Of a stretch of 64,000 nt of DNA, positions 1-9,401 are shown piece after piece. A program made the translations under genes and the position numbers. Under the pieces are notes generated by a model, which was not told the DNA's origin, did not search any database, and saw nothing but the letters and a program-made list of their open reading frames with translations. Position 1 is the first letter of the stretch; each line of letters begins with the position of its first letter. This DNA is from Bdellovibrionota bacterium (GTDB taxonomy: Bacteria; Bdellovibrionota_C; UBA2361; JBGSMV01), in the NCBI GenBank assembly GCA_041739995.1, contig JBGSMV010000029.1, forward strand, positions 80,371-144,370, in the 5' to 3' direction.

Positions 1-564
1 GGACGTCGGTGTTGGTGTCCTTGGGAATTTGGTGATGCCTGGCGTTGGGGTGCGAGTGGGGCCTGGCGGCGGTTTAGTGAAACCAGAAGTAGGAGCGGGG
101 GCTGGGGTTTTCGTCGCCCGTGGAGTTCGTCCTCTAGGAGTTGGCGAGGGCGTCGGACGGGATCTAGTCTCAAGATTAGTGGTGTCGACCTGACTGTTGA
201 TTCTGTCAAACTCTAGAGTGACCGATATTTCAGCGATCTCTTCTGAGATTGCTATCGACTCTGAGCTCAGAGAGGTGTTTTCATCGGTGACTATGAATGT
301 CAACTGAGGAGCCTCAAGTGTGGTGATGAAGACGAAGGCACCTCCCGCTTCCGTCACCGTAGTTTCTCCAGACTCAGCGATTGCAACCAGCGCTCCTTCA
401 ATAGGGGATTGGTCCGTCTCTTGGAGAATTCCAAAGATCCGTGTTTGTCCGCCGAGATCTGTTCCTGAGGTCCCTCCACCGCAGCCCTGAATATGAGCCA
501 AGCAGAGGCAAAGTAGGAGAAGAGCGACCCCCGAAAAGATGAATGACCGATTTTTACTGCGCAT
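1..564 (-). CDS. Lipoprotein with a carboxypeptidase-regulatory-like (beta-sandwich) domain and Pro/Thr-rich linker; runs off the window edge (not in the supplied ORF track)
   Basis: Own translation from ATG at 564: MRSKNRSFIFSGVALLLLCLCLAHIQG-CGGGTSGT...PIEGALVAIAESGETTVTEAGGAFVF...RPTPSPTPRGRTP; lipobox IQGC; start overlaps the stop of the upstream DUF6502 gene. Confidence 0.75.
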   Translation of the reverse strand, partial: MRSKNRSFIFSGVALLLLCLCLAHIQGCGGGTSGTDLGGQTRIFGILQETDQSPIEGALVAIAESGETTVTEAGGAFVFITTLEAPQLTFIVTDENTSLSSESIAISEEIAEISVTLEFDRINSQVDTTNLETRSRPTPSPTPRGRTPRATKTPAPAPTSGFTKPPPGPTRTPTPGITKFPRTPTPTS

Positions 565-1366
565 CTTTGTGCTCCACTACACTGAATGTACCGAGTGCCA
601 CGCGTACCAGCTTGCCCGAAAAGTTCGGGTCTGGATCGATCTCTTGGTCAAATTTGCTTAAGAACTCGCGGGTGCGCAGATGCAGATTGTGTCCCTCGCG
701 AGTCAGCCAGGCACGTATTTCATCAAGGTTTTCATCTCTAACGCAATCATATTCTGTGTATGCGTGTAGGTTCGGAATTTTTGGTCCATGAAGAAGGTTT
801 TCCTCTACCGCATAAATGAGTCCCTGCATGTCCCGCTCCAATAGCTGGAAGCCCTTCTCTGGATCTCCTTGAGGCACGAAAGATCCTTTAACCAAGGCCA
901 CGCCTGCTCGTCGTTTCTCAATGGTTCCGGATCGCTCGAGTTCGGAACGAATCGCCCCAGCTCGAGTGTCGGAGCTTACCGCGGCGACAAGTTGGGTAAA
1001 CTCGGAATCTTTGCGACCGATGGTGAGAACGCGTGGCGTTCCTGCACTAGTGGTAAAGCGCTTGTCGGTTTGCCACATCCCCACGATACGAGTGATGACA
1101 TTGGTGTCGCTACTTGTGGGAGGCTCCCCGCTGTTGATGTGAGCCACGTCTCGTCGATGCACCCCGGTCATCACACTAATCCGACTGTCAGTAATCCGAC
1201 TGTCTGACCGCCTCAATATCTCCTGAGCCAGATCGCACAGCTCGCTTTTGGCGCAGTCCACCAAATCATGCAGCTTAAGGCCGTGCTTCAAAGCGAAGCG
1301 CAGCACAGGACGCAAAAGGTAGCGCAAGAACTGCGCGGCTACGTCCCGTGATTGCTTTAAAGCCAT
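554..1366 (-). CDS. DUF6502-family protein (probable HTH-type regulator)
   Basis: LLRPVLRFALKHG...SRISVMTGVHRRDV...IVGMWQTD pattern recognised as DUF6502; ATG at 1366 preferred over TTG at 1402. Confidence 0.7.
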   Translation of the reverse strand: MALKQSRDVAAQFLRYLLRPVLRFALKHGLKLHDLVDCAKSELCDLAQEILRRSDSRITDSRISVMTGVHRRDVAHINSGEPPTSSDTNVITRIVGMWQTDKRFTTSAGTPRVLTIGRKDSEFTQLVAAVSSDTRAGAIRSELERSGTIEKRRAGVALVKGSFVPQGDPEKGFQLLERDMQGLIYAVEENLLHGPKIPNLHAYTEYDCVRDENLDEIRAWLTREGHNLHLRTREFLSKFDQEIDPDPNFSGKLVRVALGTFSVVEHKDAQ

Positions 1367-1518
1367 ATATGTAATAATTTCCCATCTCGCAATGCAAAGC
1401 AAGGTGAATCAATTATAGAGCGATATTAGATAGTTAGACTATTTTCTAAGAATGTTTGACTAAGCCACGACCTGGCCATATTCTTAAGGTGTGATTAAAT
1501 ACCACCTTTAGGAGGCTT

Positions 1519-2778
1519 ATGAAAACCCGTACGTTATTGTTACCGAGTGTTCTCTTTCTTCTCGCGCTGCCTGGTGCGGCAAGTAGTCAACAGTTCGATG
1601 TTCTCGACCTGACGGCGATTTGCGGCATGGGGACGGCCCGCATGAACGATGCAGGCGTAGTTACCGGTCGTAGCTATCAGGATGAAGCGAGCCGCGGACT
1701 TGTATTTGACCAGAACGGCTGTCACGAGCTTCCTGTTCATTCGATTCGCCCTGGATTCATGAGCGAACCTAATATTCTCAGTCCCGAAGGAATTAATAAT
1801 CTGGGTGATATCGTCGGAAGCGCAAATGCCGCACGCGGAACTGCAGGCACCGATTCAGCACATGTATATAGTGCGCCAATAGCTCTGCAGAATTATTCCG
1901 CCGAGGGCGCGCGCTCTCGCCAGATTCACCTTAGGGGTACCGGCGTCGAGGGGATAGCGAGAGCTATTAATGACAATGGAATGGTAGTGGGCCATCTCAG
2001 TGAGCCCACGATTAACGATGATTTTCGGCAACCATTCGCCGCGTTTCGGGGCGGAAGCATTCGACTGCTTCGCATGCCGCAAGGATCCGTAGGGGGAGAG
2101 GTTAGCTCGACCAATAACCGGAATGAAGCCGTTGGAACTACTGGATCACTATTCCGCCGTGACGGGTTGACCATGCTGGGTGTGAAGCCAACGATTTGGC
2201 GCCGTAGCTCCGTCGAGAGATTGACTCTTCCAGAGGGGCACACCTTTGGCGAAGCCTTGGATATTAACAGTCAGTCGGTTGTGGTCGGATACGCACGGGA
2301 TGGACTGGCCGATCAAAGCAACAGGGTTGTTCCGGTGCTCTGGGATGAATCAGGTCAGGTGCGCGAGCTTTCCTCTATGCCTGGACTATACCAGTTTGAC
2401 GGAAACAACCAAGGTATGAGCAGTGCGATCAATGATTGTGGTTTTGTGGTGGGAAGAACGGCTGGCGAGGGAGCAGTGATTTGGACTCCTGAGGGGCAGC
2501 GTTTCGCACTGTCGATTCTGTCCTTTCGAGGACCTCTGCATAGTGCATTAGACATAAACAATCAGGGACAAATACTGGTGACTACTGGCAGCTCAGTTCT
2601 ATTGCTCAACCCTCGGCCTGGTTCAATGTTTGCGGAGAGCTGTGAGTCGTTTACCGCTATCTATCCGTCATACCCGCCTTTGACTGAAGCTCCCCCGAAG
2701 AAGAACTACAAAAAGAAGATAACCAAGAAAAAGTCTGCTCAGCAGCAGAATAAAAAGACGAAGAGAACGCGTCGATAG
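1519..2778 (+). CDS. Secreted HAF-repeat-like (DUF3466-type beta-propeller) protein with Lys-rich tail
   Basis: Signal peptide; repeated A(R/L)xINxxGxVVG units; RBS AGGAGG; C-terminal KKNYKKKITKKK. Confidence 0.7.
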   Translation: MKTRTLLLPSVLFLLALPGAASSQQFDVLDLTAICGMGTARMNDAGVVTGRSYQDEASRGLVFDQNGCHELPVHSIRPGFMSEPNILSPEGINNLGDIVGSANAARGTAGTDSAHVYSAPIALQNYSAEGARSRQIHLRGTGVEGIARAINDNGMVVGHLSEPTINDDFRQPFAAFRGGSIRLLRMPQGSVGGEVSSTNNRNEAVGTTGSLFRRDGLTMLGVKPTIWRRSSVERLTLPEGHTFGEALDINSQSVVVGYARDGLADQSNRVVPVLWDESGQVRELSSMPGLYQFDGNNQGMSSAINDCGFVVGRTAGEGAVIWTPEGQRFALSILSFRGPLHSALDINNQGQILVTTGSSVLLLNPRPGSMFAESCESFTAIYPSYPPLTEAPPKKNYKKKITKKKSAQQQNKKTKRTRR

Positions 2779-2832
2779 CTGATACTGGGAGAATCGTCGT
2801 CTGGCGGCTCTCTCTTTACTTTTGCTTGAAAG

Positions 2833-2857
2833 GCCGCCAGGGGTGTCCCCTGGCGGC
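2833..2857. terminator. GC-rich hairpin between convergent genes, probable terminator
   Basis: GCCGCCAGGGG-TGT-CCCCTGGCGGC perfect 11-bp stem. Confidence 0.6.
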
Positions 2858-2900
2858 TTAGTTAGAATAATTCTTCCTTCCGAGTTCTCGGTTCCCGCTC

Positions 2901-3200
2901 TTAGTACTCAAACACTATGGGCTCACAGTCTTTGCAGGTGAGAAGTACTGGCGAGATTGTCTTGCCGTTTGCCTTGATGATCATGAGTTCCATGCCCTTA
3001 GTAGACTCGATGCGGGCTTCAACTTTCGCACCAGAAGCTCTCAGTACGTCAACTAACTCCAGCACAGCCATGATGTTTAGTCCTTGAGCCGAAACAGTGC
3101 TCGTGGCTCCTGGCTTGAGATCGATGTCGGGAGTTACTTGTGCCATCGCATTTCCAACAGCCAGTACCGAGATAACCAAGGCCACAATTAAACGCTTCAT
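2901..3200 (-). CDS. Small secreted hypothetical protein
   Basis: MKRLIVALVISVLAVGNAMA signal peptide, RBS AAGGA; C-terminal CxxC. Confidence 0.65.
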   Translation of the reverse strand: MKRLIVALVISVLAVGNAMAQVTPDIDLKPGATSTVSAQGLNIMAVLELVDVLRASGAKVEARIESTKGMELMIIKANGKTISPVLLTCKDCEPIVFEY

Positions 3201-3700
3201 ATGCTTTCCTTTGTCTAAGTAAATCTGAGCCATTTGCTCTTAGATAAAGGTGTCGGAAAGCGTGCCGAACCCCTCGGTGCGAAAAGGCACAAGCGCCAGA
3301 TATGTTGAGTAGGGATGGGCCAGCAAGAGGTGAGGTACGTGGCTAAGCCACTAAGAATATTAGAGGTAGTAACGGAGCTGTGGTGGGGACGCAGGGTAGC
3401 CCCGTTCCAAGGGCGGAAGCATCCCTCGTGGCAGTTATCGTCTCCCCAAGGTCTCTGAGGGAGAGGGAGTGCGGCTTAAGCACCTGGAAGGATTACGAAT
3501 GTGGAGTAGCCCCGTTACAGCAGGGGAGCGATATGAGTAGCGGCGCATATCGTGCGAAAAGTGAAGTGCAACACTCTCTGAACAAGGCGCATAACCTAAG
3601 GGCAATCGTTTCTTAGCGACCGTTTAGGGCAGGGGCCCTCTCATTTTCAGGAGATGGGGACGGTTGTTGTCGGTCAGGAAAAATGGAAGGGAAATAAGCT

Positions 3701-4924
3701 ATGGGACTCTCCAGCATTGCTCAGAATATGAAAGTGGCGGCGGCGGCGGCAAGTACCGCGTTAGCTGGTGTGTCTTTCGGTGGTAATCCCGGTGTCGATG
3801 ATGCGCGTCGTGACGGCGCTGCCTCAAGCATGACTTCCACCGTGGCCGATCGCCCCGCTCCAGCAGCAGGTGCGGCGCCAGATGCAGCTCCAAAGATAAC
3901 CGCCCATGAAATGGTGGACGTGCAAGTCAGAGGTCCCGACGGGAACCCGGTAACAGTAAGGGTCTCCTCCCAACCACTTGCCACCGTTCAAGATGCTGAC
4001 CGAGAACTACTGAGTTCTCTCGCCGGGGGTCCAAGCATTCGATCCAATCTTGGCATCGCGCTTGACAGAAAGTCGGCAGAAGGTTTCGCAAACGGGCGCC
4101 TCAGCGCCTGGGATGTAACTACCAACAGTCCAAGAATCATCGGTTCGCTTACTCAGCGTGGTCCTGAAATTTCGGCGGTGATCGATTCGCTGAAAGCTGA
4201 AGGGTATACCGGCGCGGCACTCGCTATGACGCATGGATCGGAGCGAGGAGTTTTGTTGCTTGGCACAAAAGAGAACGGCGTGATGGCGCTTGCCTATGAG
4301 ATTCCGTCGCTTCGAAGAGATGCACCAGGCACGGATGCGAGAGATTCACTCCAATTTAAAGCACTGATGCCCGGAGTCCTTCGCGCCATGGTGCAGCAGA
4401 GCTTTGGTTTGGAAGTGGCACCCGGGGCGGCAGCTCCCACGATTGCAGTAGCGCCGGCACCAGCCGGGGCACCTCAAGCTGAACCAGCGCAACGCCGCGG
4501 TCGCGAAGCGGCTCAGCCGCCAGCAGTAGCTTCTCCCGAGGAGCTCTCAAGAGCGATCGCTGGTAGGTACGCCGAAAGATACAGTGACGCATTGGCTGGC
4601 AAAGAGCTCGCCAACGGAAACTGGCCGGTTGCATCGCTCAGAACGACCCAACGCTTGAAATGTGAGGGGTACCTTGCGGATGTTAGAGCGGTACAGCGCG
4701 GGACCGGAAACGACTTGAATGACGTAGAGGCCTCGATTAGAGCGGGAGTGGTGACGAACGAAGTCCGGATAGTTGCCGTTCGAATGGGAAGAAGTCCCGA
4801 AGAGGCAGCTAATTTGCAGTTCACAGATCTTTCTACCCTTGAGACGGATGTTGACAGGCTTCGCATCCTGGCTGCGGCTCGAGTTGGTGAGTATACCCGC
4901 AAGATTAGCGATCTCAGGCGCTAG
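3701..4924 (+). CDS. Hypothetical Ala-rich protein
   Basis: 407-aa ORF with purine-rich RBS; no recognisable family. Confidence 0.6.
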   Translation: MGLSSIAQNMKVAAAAASTALAGVSFGGNPGVDDARRDGAASSMTSTVADRPAPAAGAAPDAAPKITAHEMVDVQVRGPDGNPVTVRVSSQPLATVQDADRELLSSLAGGPSIRSNLGIALDRKSAEGFANGRLSAWDVTTNSPRIIGSLTQRGPEISAVIDSLKAEGYTGAALAMTHGSERGVLLLGTKENGVMALAYEIPSLRRDAPGTDARDSLQFKALMPGVLRAMVQQSFGLEVAPGAAAPTIAVAPAPAGAPQAEPAQRRGREAAQPPAVASPEELSRAIAGRYAERYSDALAGKELANGNWPVASLRTTQRLKCEGYLADVRAVQRGTGNDLNDVEASIRAGVVTNEVRIVAVRMGRSPEEAANLQFTDLSTLETDVDRLRILAAARVGEYTRKISDLRR

Positions 4925-4970
4925 AATACCAGTTTAAGCTTGATCCTTGGCGCTCTAGGAGAGTATTCAC

Positions 4971-7004
4971 GTGTTCATGATGACACGTAGAAATTGCACT
5001 CTCATCGAAGCTCCGGTTACCTTCGTATTATCAGCGCTGCTGTTCCCTGCGATGTTAGGGGCAATATGCTCGGCTCTTGCTCCAGAACTTCTGGCCGAAG
5101 AACCACGTGCAAAAACAATCGTGGTCTTCGATGCCTCAGGCAGCATGTGGGGTCAGGTCAAAGGGCAGCCCAAAATCTCTATCGCAAAAGAAGTAGTGAG
5201 CGATCTGGTTGACGACTGGGATCCTCAAATCGAACTTGGGCTGATCGCATACGGTCACCGCTCGAAAGATGACTGCGCAGACATTGAGTCTCTTATTCCA
5301 GTCGGAAAAATTCAGAAAGAACGCATGTCAAAGGTCGTTGGTGGAATAAACGCCAAGGGCATGACGCCACTGACTGAGTCGGTTGTGCGTGCCGCCAATG
5401 AGCTTAAATTTTCCGAGAACAAAGCGACCGTCATTCTGGTAAGTGACGGCATTGAAACCTGCGGCAAAGATCCCTGCAAAATTTCTAAGGAACTTGAGGC
5501 CAAAGGAATTGATTTTACTGCGCATGTAATTGCATTCGATGTGGGCAAGGAAAGCGATCGTGCAAAACTAAAGTGCATAGCCGACAATACCGGCGGAAAG
5601 TTTTTGCTTGCTAGTGACGCCGCATCACTTCGCGAGTCCATCAGCGAAGCTATCACCGAAGTCGCCAAGAGCGGCGCGAACGTAGAGCTCGTTGCAGTAT
5701 TCGAGAAGGGCGGAACTCCCGTTGAAAACGTGCGTTGGGAAGTCACCTCGAAACCCCAGTCCGAAATCAGCAAGGGTAAGGTAGTTCGTTACGGCGGCGG
5801 ATTTCAGCCGCAGTACGAGATGGAGCCAGGAGAATATGTTGCGCGCGTTGTTTCTCATAAAGGAAAGGCAACTGCCGAGCAGGCCTTTATCGTGCCCGAA
5901 GAAGGCCTGACGAAGGTAGAGGTGCTTTTTCCTCAGGAGGGGCGAGTGGCACTCAAAGCGGTGAATACCGCCGGTGGAGAAGCGGTCAGTGACGTTCGCT
6001 GGGAAGTGCTCGCGGTGCCTAAGAACGAAATGGATAAGCCTACCACCGTTACCTACGGTGGAGGTATTACTCCCGAGTACCAACTTCTTCCCGGTCGCTA
6101 TATTGCAAAGGTTACCGCTCAGAAAGGGCAGGCCACTGCTCAGCAGGAATTTGAAGTTCAACCCGGAAAGGTAACTAACCAAGAAGTTCTTCTTAGTGAG
6201 GAGGGTCAGGTAGTGCTGCACGCAGTGCACCAAGCTGGCAGTGATCCAGTGGAGGAGGTGCGCTGGGAGGTGCTTGCCGCAGCGACTTCAGATCTCGATA
6301 AGCCCAAAGTAGTAAAGTATGGCGGTGGCGCGACGCCGCGTTACCAGCTGCTTCCGGGAAAATATATTGCACGAGCGACGTCACTGAAAGGCGAAGCGAC
6401 GGCTGAGGGTGAATTCGAAGTGCAACCAGGAAAACTACTGACTCACGAAGTGCTGATGCCACAAGAAGGAATTCTTAAACTAGCGGGTGTTCACGCTCCC
6501 GGTGGCACCCCTGTAGAAGATCTGCAATGGCAGGTCTATTCAATTGAAGAGGATTCGCTTCGAGCGCCGAAACTGGTTAAGTACGGCGGGGGCAATCAGC
6601 CCGAATATCAACTTCTTCCCGGCAAATATTCGGTCAAAGTCAAAAGTGCCAAGGGCATGGCTGAAGCTCAGTCCGAAGCAGTGGTAGAACCAGGCAAGCG
6701 GTTGCGTTTTGAAGTGACGCTACCTCAAGAAGGAGCAGTCGAGCTTGTTGCAGTGGGTTCTCAAGGAGGAGCCGAGATCGAAGGAGTGCGCTGGGAGTTG
6801 TTTCCGGTCCTTGAGGACGAGATGAAAACTCCGAAAGTTTTAAGGTATTGGTCCGGGAATGGGAAACGTCAGCAGGTACTTCCTGGGAAATATCTTGCAA
6901 AATTGACACTTAAAGATCGTCGAGTGGTTGAGCAAGAGGTAACGGTAGAACCCGGAAAGCTGGCGAAGCAGGAAGTGGTGGTGTCGGATGTTTCTGCTGG
7001 ATAG
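4971..7004 (+). CDS. Exported VWA-domain protein with five tandem ~90-aa repeats
   Basis: MIDAS DASGSM, TPL and LVSDGIETC motifs; repeats GxVxLxAV..GGxPVExVRWEV..YGGG..PxYQLLPGKY..EVxPGK; true start may lie a little downstream. Confidence 0.85.
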   Translation: MFMMTRRNCTLIEAPVTFVLSALLFPAMLGAICSALAPELLAEEPRAKTIVVFDASGSMWGQVKGQPKISIAKEVVSDLVDDWDPQIELGLIAYGHRSKDDCADIESLIPVGKIQKERMSKVVGGINAKGMTPLTESVVRAANELKFSENKATVILVSDGIETCGKDPCKISKELEAKGIDFTAHVIAFDVGKESDRAKLKCIADNTGGKFLLASDAASLRESISEAITEVAKSGANVELVAVFEKGGTPVENVRWEVTSKPQSEISKGKVVRYGGGFQPQYEMEPGEYVARVVSHKGKATAEQAFIVPEEGLTKVEVLFPQEGRVALKAVNTAGGEAVSDVRWEVLAVPKNEMDKPTTVTYGGGITPEYQLLPGRYIAKVTAQKGQATAQQEFEVQPGKVTNQEVLLSEEGQVVLHAVHQAGSDPVEEVRWEVLAAATSDLDKPKVVKYGGGATPRYQLLPGKYIARATSLKGEATAEGEFEVQPGKLLTHEVLMPQEGILKLAGVHAPGGTPVEDLQWQVYSIEEDSLRAPKLVKYGGGNQPEYQLLPGKYSVKVKSAKGMAEAQSEAVVEPGKRLRFEVTLPQEGAVELVAVGSQGGAEIEGVRWELFPVLEDEMKTPKVLRYWSGNGKRQQVLPGKYLAKLTLKDRRVVEQEVTVEPGKLAKQEVVVSDVSAG

Positions 7005-7040
7005 CTGCGCGCATCTAGGTATTGTGCGCTATTTTGTTTT

Positions 7041-7106
7041 TGCCACAGGGGTCACGGAGGTACACAGAGGAGAAGAGGGTCTAACTCCTACCTCTGTGCC
7101 CCCCCC
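7041..7106. repeat. REP/REPIN-like imperfect hairpin (CACAGAGG...CCTCTGTG family)
   Basis: CCACAGGGGTCACGGAGGTACACAGAGG...CCTCTGTGCCCCCCCTGAGTCCTCTGTGG between convergent genes; related copies at 15788, 15962, 50124. Confidence 0.65.
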
Positions 7107-7171
7107 TGAGTCCTCTGTGGTGAAACTTCCTCGCGCGTTATCGTGCCATTCATGTGAGCCGCGAGCTAAAT

Positions 7172-8065
7172 TTAGAGTGCCTTCGCGGACCTCAGGTGCT
7201 CTGCCACTCCCAAAAACTGCCGCATCATACCCGGATTATGAGTGCGCACGATTCTGGCGCCGTGCGACACTGCATGGAGTGCGGTTAGCTGCGAAATGGG
7301 GTCGCGTTCCTTTAGCGATCCTCCCAGAAATCCCTTTCGGGAGGTGGCAATACAAACAGGAAACGGAGCCAGCATCCGACACAAGCGCTCAAAGTTCTGT
7401 AGTAGTTGCCATGAATACTTCGGATCATGGCTGATGAAGCGCCCCATGCCGGGGTCAAGTAAAATTCGATTTTCCTTCACGCCGGCATGAATGGCGACCT
7501 GCGCTTGAGTAAGCAGGAACTCTGATATTTCAGACACGACATCGTCGTAATCTTTTTTTGATTCTGAAACATGAGGAGCACTGCCTGGCTCTTTGGAATG
7601 CATCAGCAGGAGGTAGGTGCCGTAGGTAGCCGCTAGTCCTGCTATGGCAGGATCGGCGCGCAGAGCAGACACGTCGTTGATGATGGCTGCACCAAGATCT
7701 AAACATCGACGCGCGATTTCACTCTTAAAGGTATCAATCGATATAATAGGAACGGGTCTATTTGGGTCGGATGATTGAGAAGTAGATCCCATGAACGAGC
7801 GAATAGTTGGTGCAAGACGTTGCCACTCTTGCTCAAGCAAAACCGGAGTAGCGCCTGGCGCAGTCGATTCGGCCCCAATATCAACAATGTCTGAACCTTG
7901 TTCTATCAGTTCCCCAAGTCTGGAGCGCGCGTCGACAGGTCCTGAATACTCTCCTCCGTCGCTGAATGAATCAGGGGTAAGGTTTAGCACGCCCATAACG
8001 AGCACTGGCTTAGTGGTCAGGAGATGCTCAAGACGCTGAATTTTAGAGTTCCCTGTAACGCTCAC
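7172..8065 (-). CDS. folP: Dihydropteroate synthase
   Basis: MGVLNLTPDSFSDGG, DIGAEST, SIDT, INDVS, DPGMG, SRKGF, RTHN motifs. Confidence 0.95.
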   Translation of the reverse strand: MSVTGNSKIQRLEHLLTTKPVLVMGVLNLTPDSFSDGGEYSGPVDARSRLGELIEQGSDIVDIGAESTAPGATPVLLEQEWQRLAPTIRSFMGSTSQSSDPNRPVPIISIDTFKSEIARRCLDLGAAIINDVSALRADPAIAGLAATYGTYLLLMHSKEPGSAPHVSESKKDYDDVVSEISEFLLTQAQVAIHAGVKENRILLDPGMGRFISHDPKYSWQLLQNFERLCRMLAPFPVCIATSRKGFLGGSLKERDPISQLTALHAVSHGARIVRTHNPGMMRQFLGVAEHLRSAKAL

Positions 8066-8233
8066 CGCTGTTCTAAGACCTCCTTTCGCTGGAAATTAGC
8101 CACGGCAATAAGCGAGCACGGGGCTGAAGCTTTGCCGCAATGTGATGATTGATTGCGGCTAATGGTTTAGCTAGTTTCGGAGGGAATAAGAAGGGGCCAT
8201 TCGCTATAGAAGCCCTAGCTGGAAAAGATTCGT

Positions 8234-9358
8234 ATGGATTTAGGTGCGCAACTCTCGGCCGAAGGGCTTGAGGTGCTTCAAAAGAAGATAGATGAAAGCT
8301 GCCGGAGCGCACAGACTGCCGCCGATGTAGATCTGTTGCGCCGAGATCTGCTGGGGAAAGAAGGCACGCTCAAAGTGCTCTTTCAAAAGCTTCGAGAAGT
8401 CCCTGCCGACCAGAAGCCAGTCGTGGCCCAGAAGATCAATGAGCTCAAAGCGCAAGTCGAGGCATTCTTCGCTGCTAAGGACGGAGAGTCGGCTTCGAAG
8501 GGGCGCTCTGACGCACTGCGTGCGCAGTACATAGACACCTCCTTGCCTGGCGTGTCGCCCGGCATTGGACGCATTCATCCGATCACGCAGGTGGAGCGAC
8601 AAATTGCAGCGCTCTTAAAGCCTTTCGGCTTTAGTAATGTGCCAGGACCTGAAGTAGAGACTGAGTACTACTGCTTTGATTCCTTAAACATTCCTCCCCA
8701 TCATCCGGCGCGAGACATGCAAGATACCTTCTATGTCGATGCGGGCGACCTATGGGGCGCGGACAAAGAAGCACCGGCAAGGGACTCAAGGCCGATTTCT
8801 GGAGTGCTGCACCTGCTGCGTACCCACACTACCTCAGTGCAAGCGCGCACTCTTGAGCTGGCCAGCAAGGAAGCAAAAGGTGGGGTGCCCGTGCGCGTCG
8901 CTTCATTCGGGCGAGTGTATCGCAATGAGACCGAGGATGCCTCGCATCAGGCTATGTTTCATCAGTTCGAATTGGTGTGGCTCGACAAGGGGCTCACGCT
9001 CTCACACTTGATGGCGCTCATTACTCATATTCTTAAAGGGCTGTACGGGAAGAGGCGAAAGGTTCGATTTGTACCGAAGTTTTATCCGTACACGGAGCCA
9101 AGTATCGGACCTCAGATTGATTGTTCCATTTGCCACGGAACTGGATGCGGCGCCTGTGGTGGTTCGGGCTGGGTCACTATTGCAGGAGCCGGCATGGTGC
9201 ATCGCAATGTGTTAACCGAGTTCGGTTACGACCCGAACGAGGTGTCGGGATTTGCCTTCGGACTCGGGACCTCTCGGCTGGCGTGTCAGCTGTGCGGGCT
9301 GCCGAACTTGAAGATGGCTTACGAGAACGATTTGCGAGTCTATAAAGCGTTGCCCTAG
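8234..9358 (+). CDS. pheS: Phenylalanyl-tRNA synthetase alpha subunit (divergent active-site motifs)
   Basis: HPARDMQDTFY, GRVYRNE, FHQ, TEPS, GMVH, GFAFG, ENDLR; followed by pheT. Confidence 0.93.
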   Translation: MDLGAQLSAEGLEVLQKKIDESCRSAQTAADVDLLRRDLLGKEGTLKVLFQKLREVPADQKPVVAQKINELKAQVEAFFAAKDGESASKGRSDALRAQYIDTSLPGVSPGIGRIHPITQVERQIAALLKPFGFSNVPGPEVETEYYCFDSLNIPPHHPARDMQDTFYVDAGDLWGADKEAPARDSRPISGVLHLLRTHTTSVQARTLELASKEAKGGVPVRVASFGRVYRNETEDASHQAMFHQFELVWLDKGLTLSHLMALITHILKGLYGKRRKVRFVPKFYPYTEPSIGPQIDCSICHGTGCGACGGSGWVTIAGAGMVHRNVLTEFGYDPNEVSGFAFGLGTSRLACQLCGLPNLKMAYENDLRVYKALP

Positions 9359-9401
9359 GGTAGACGTAAACACGCGGAAGAACGAAAGGGATATCACGGT
9401 C

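Noticed and set aside
3396-3516. GTAGCCCCGTT repeated twice ~110 nt apart in a long intergenic region
   Set aside because: Only 11 nt and two copies, no extended similarity or recognisable riboswitch.
9121-9160. CxxC-x3-CxxC insert in PheS as a novelty
   Set aside because: This Cys-rich insert is common in many bacterial PheS proteins.
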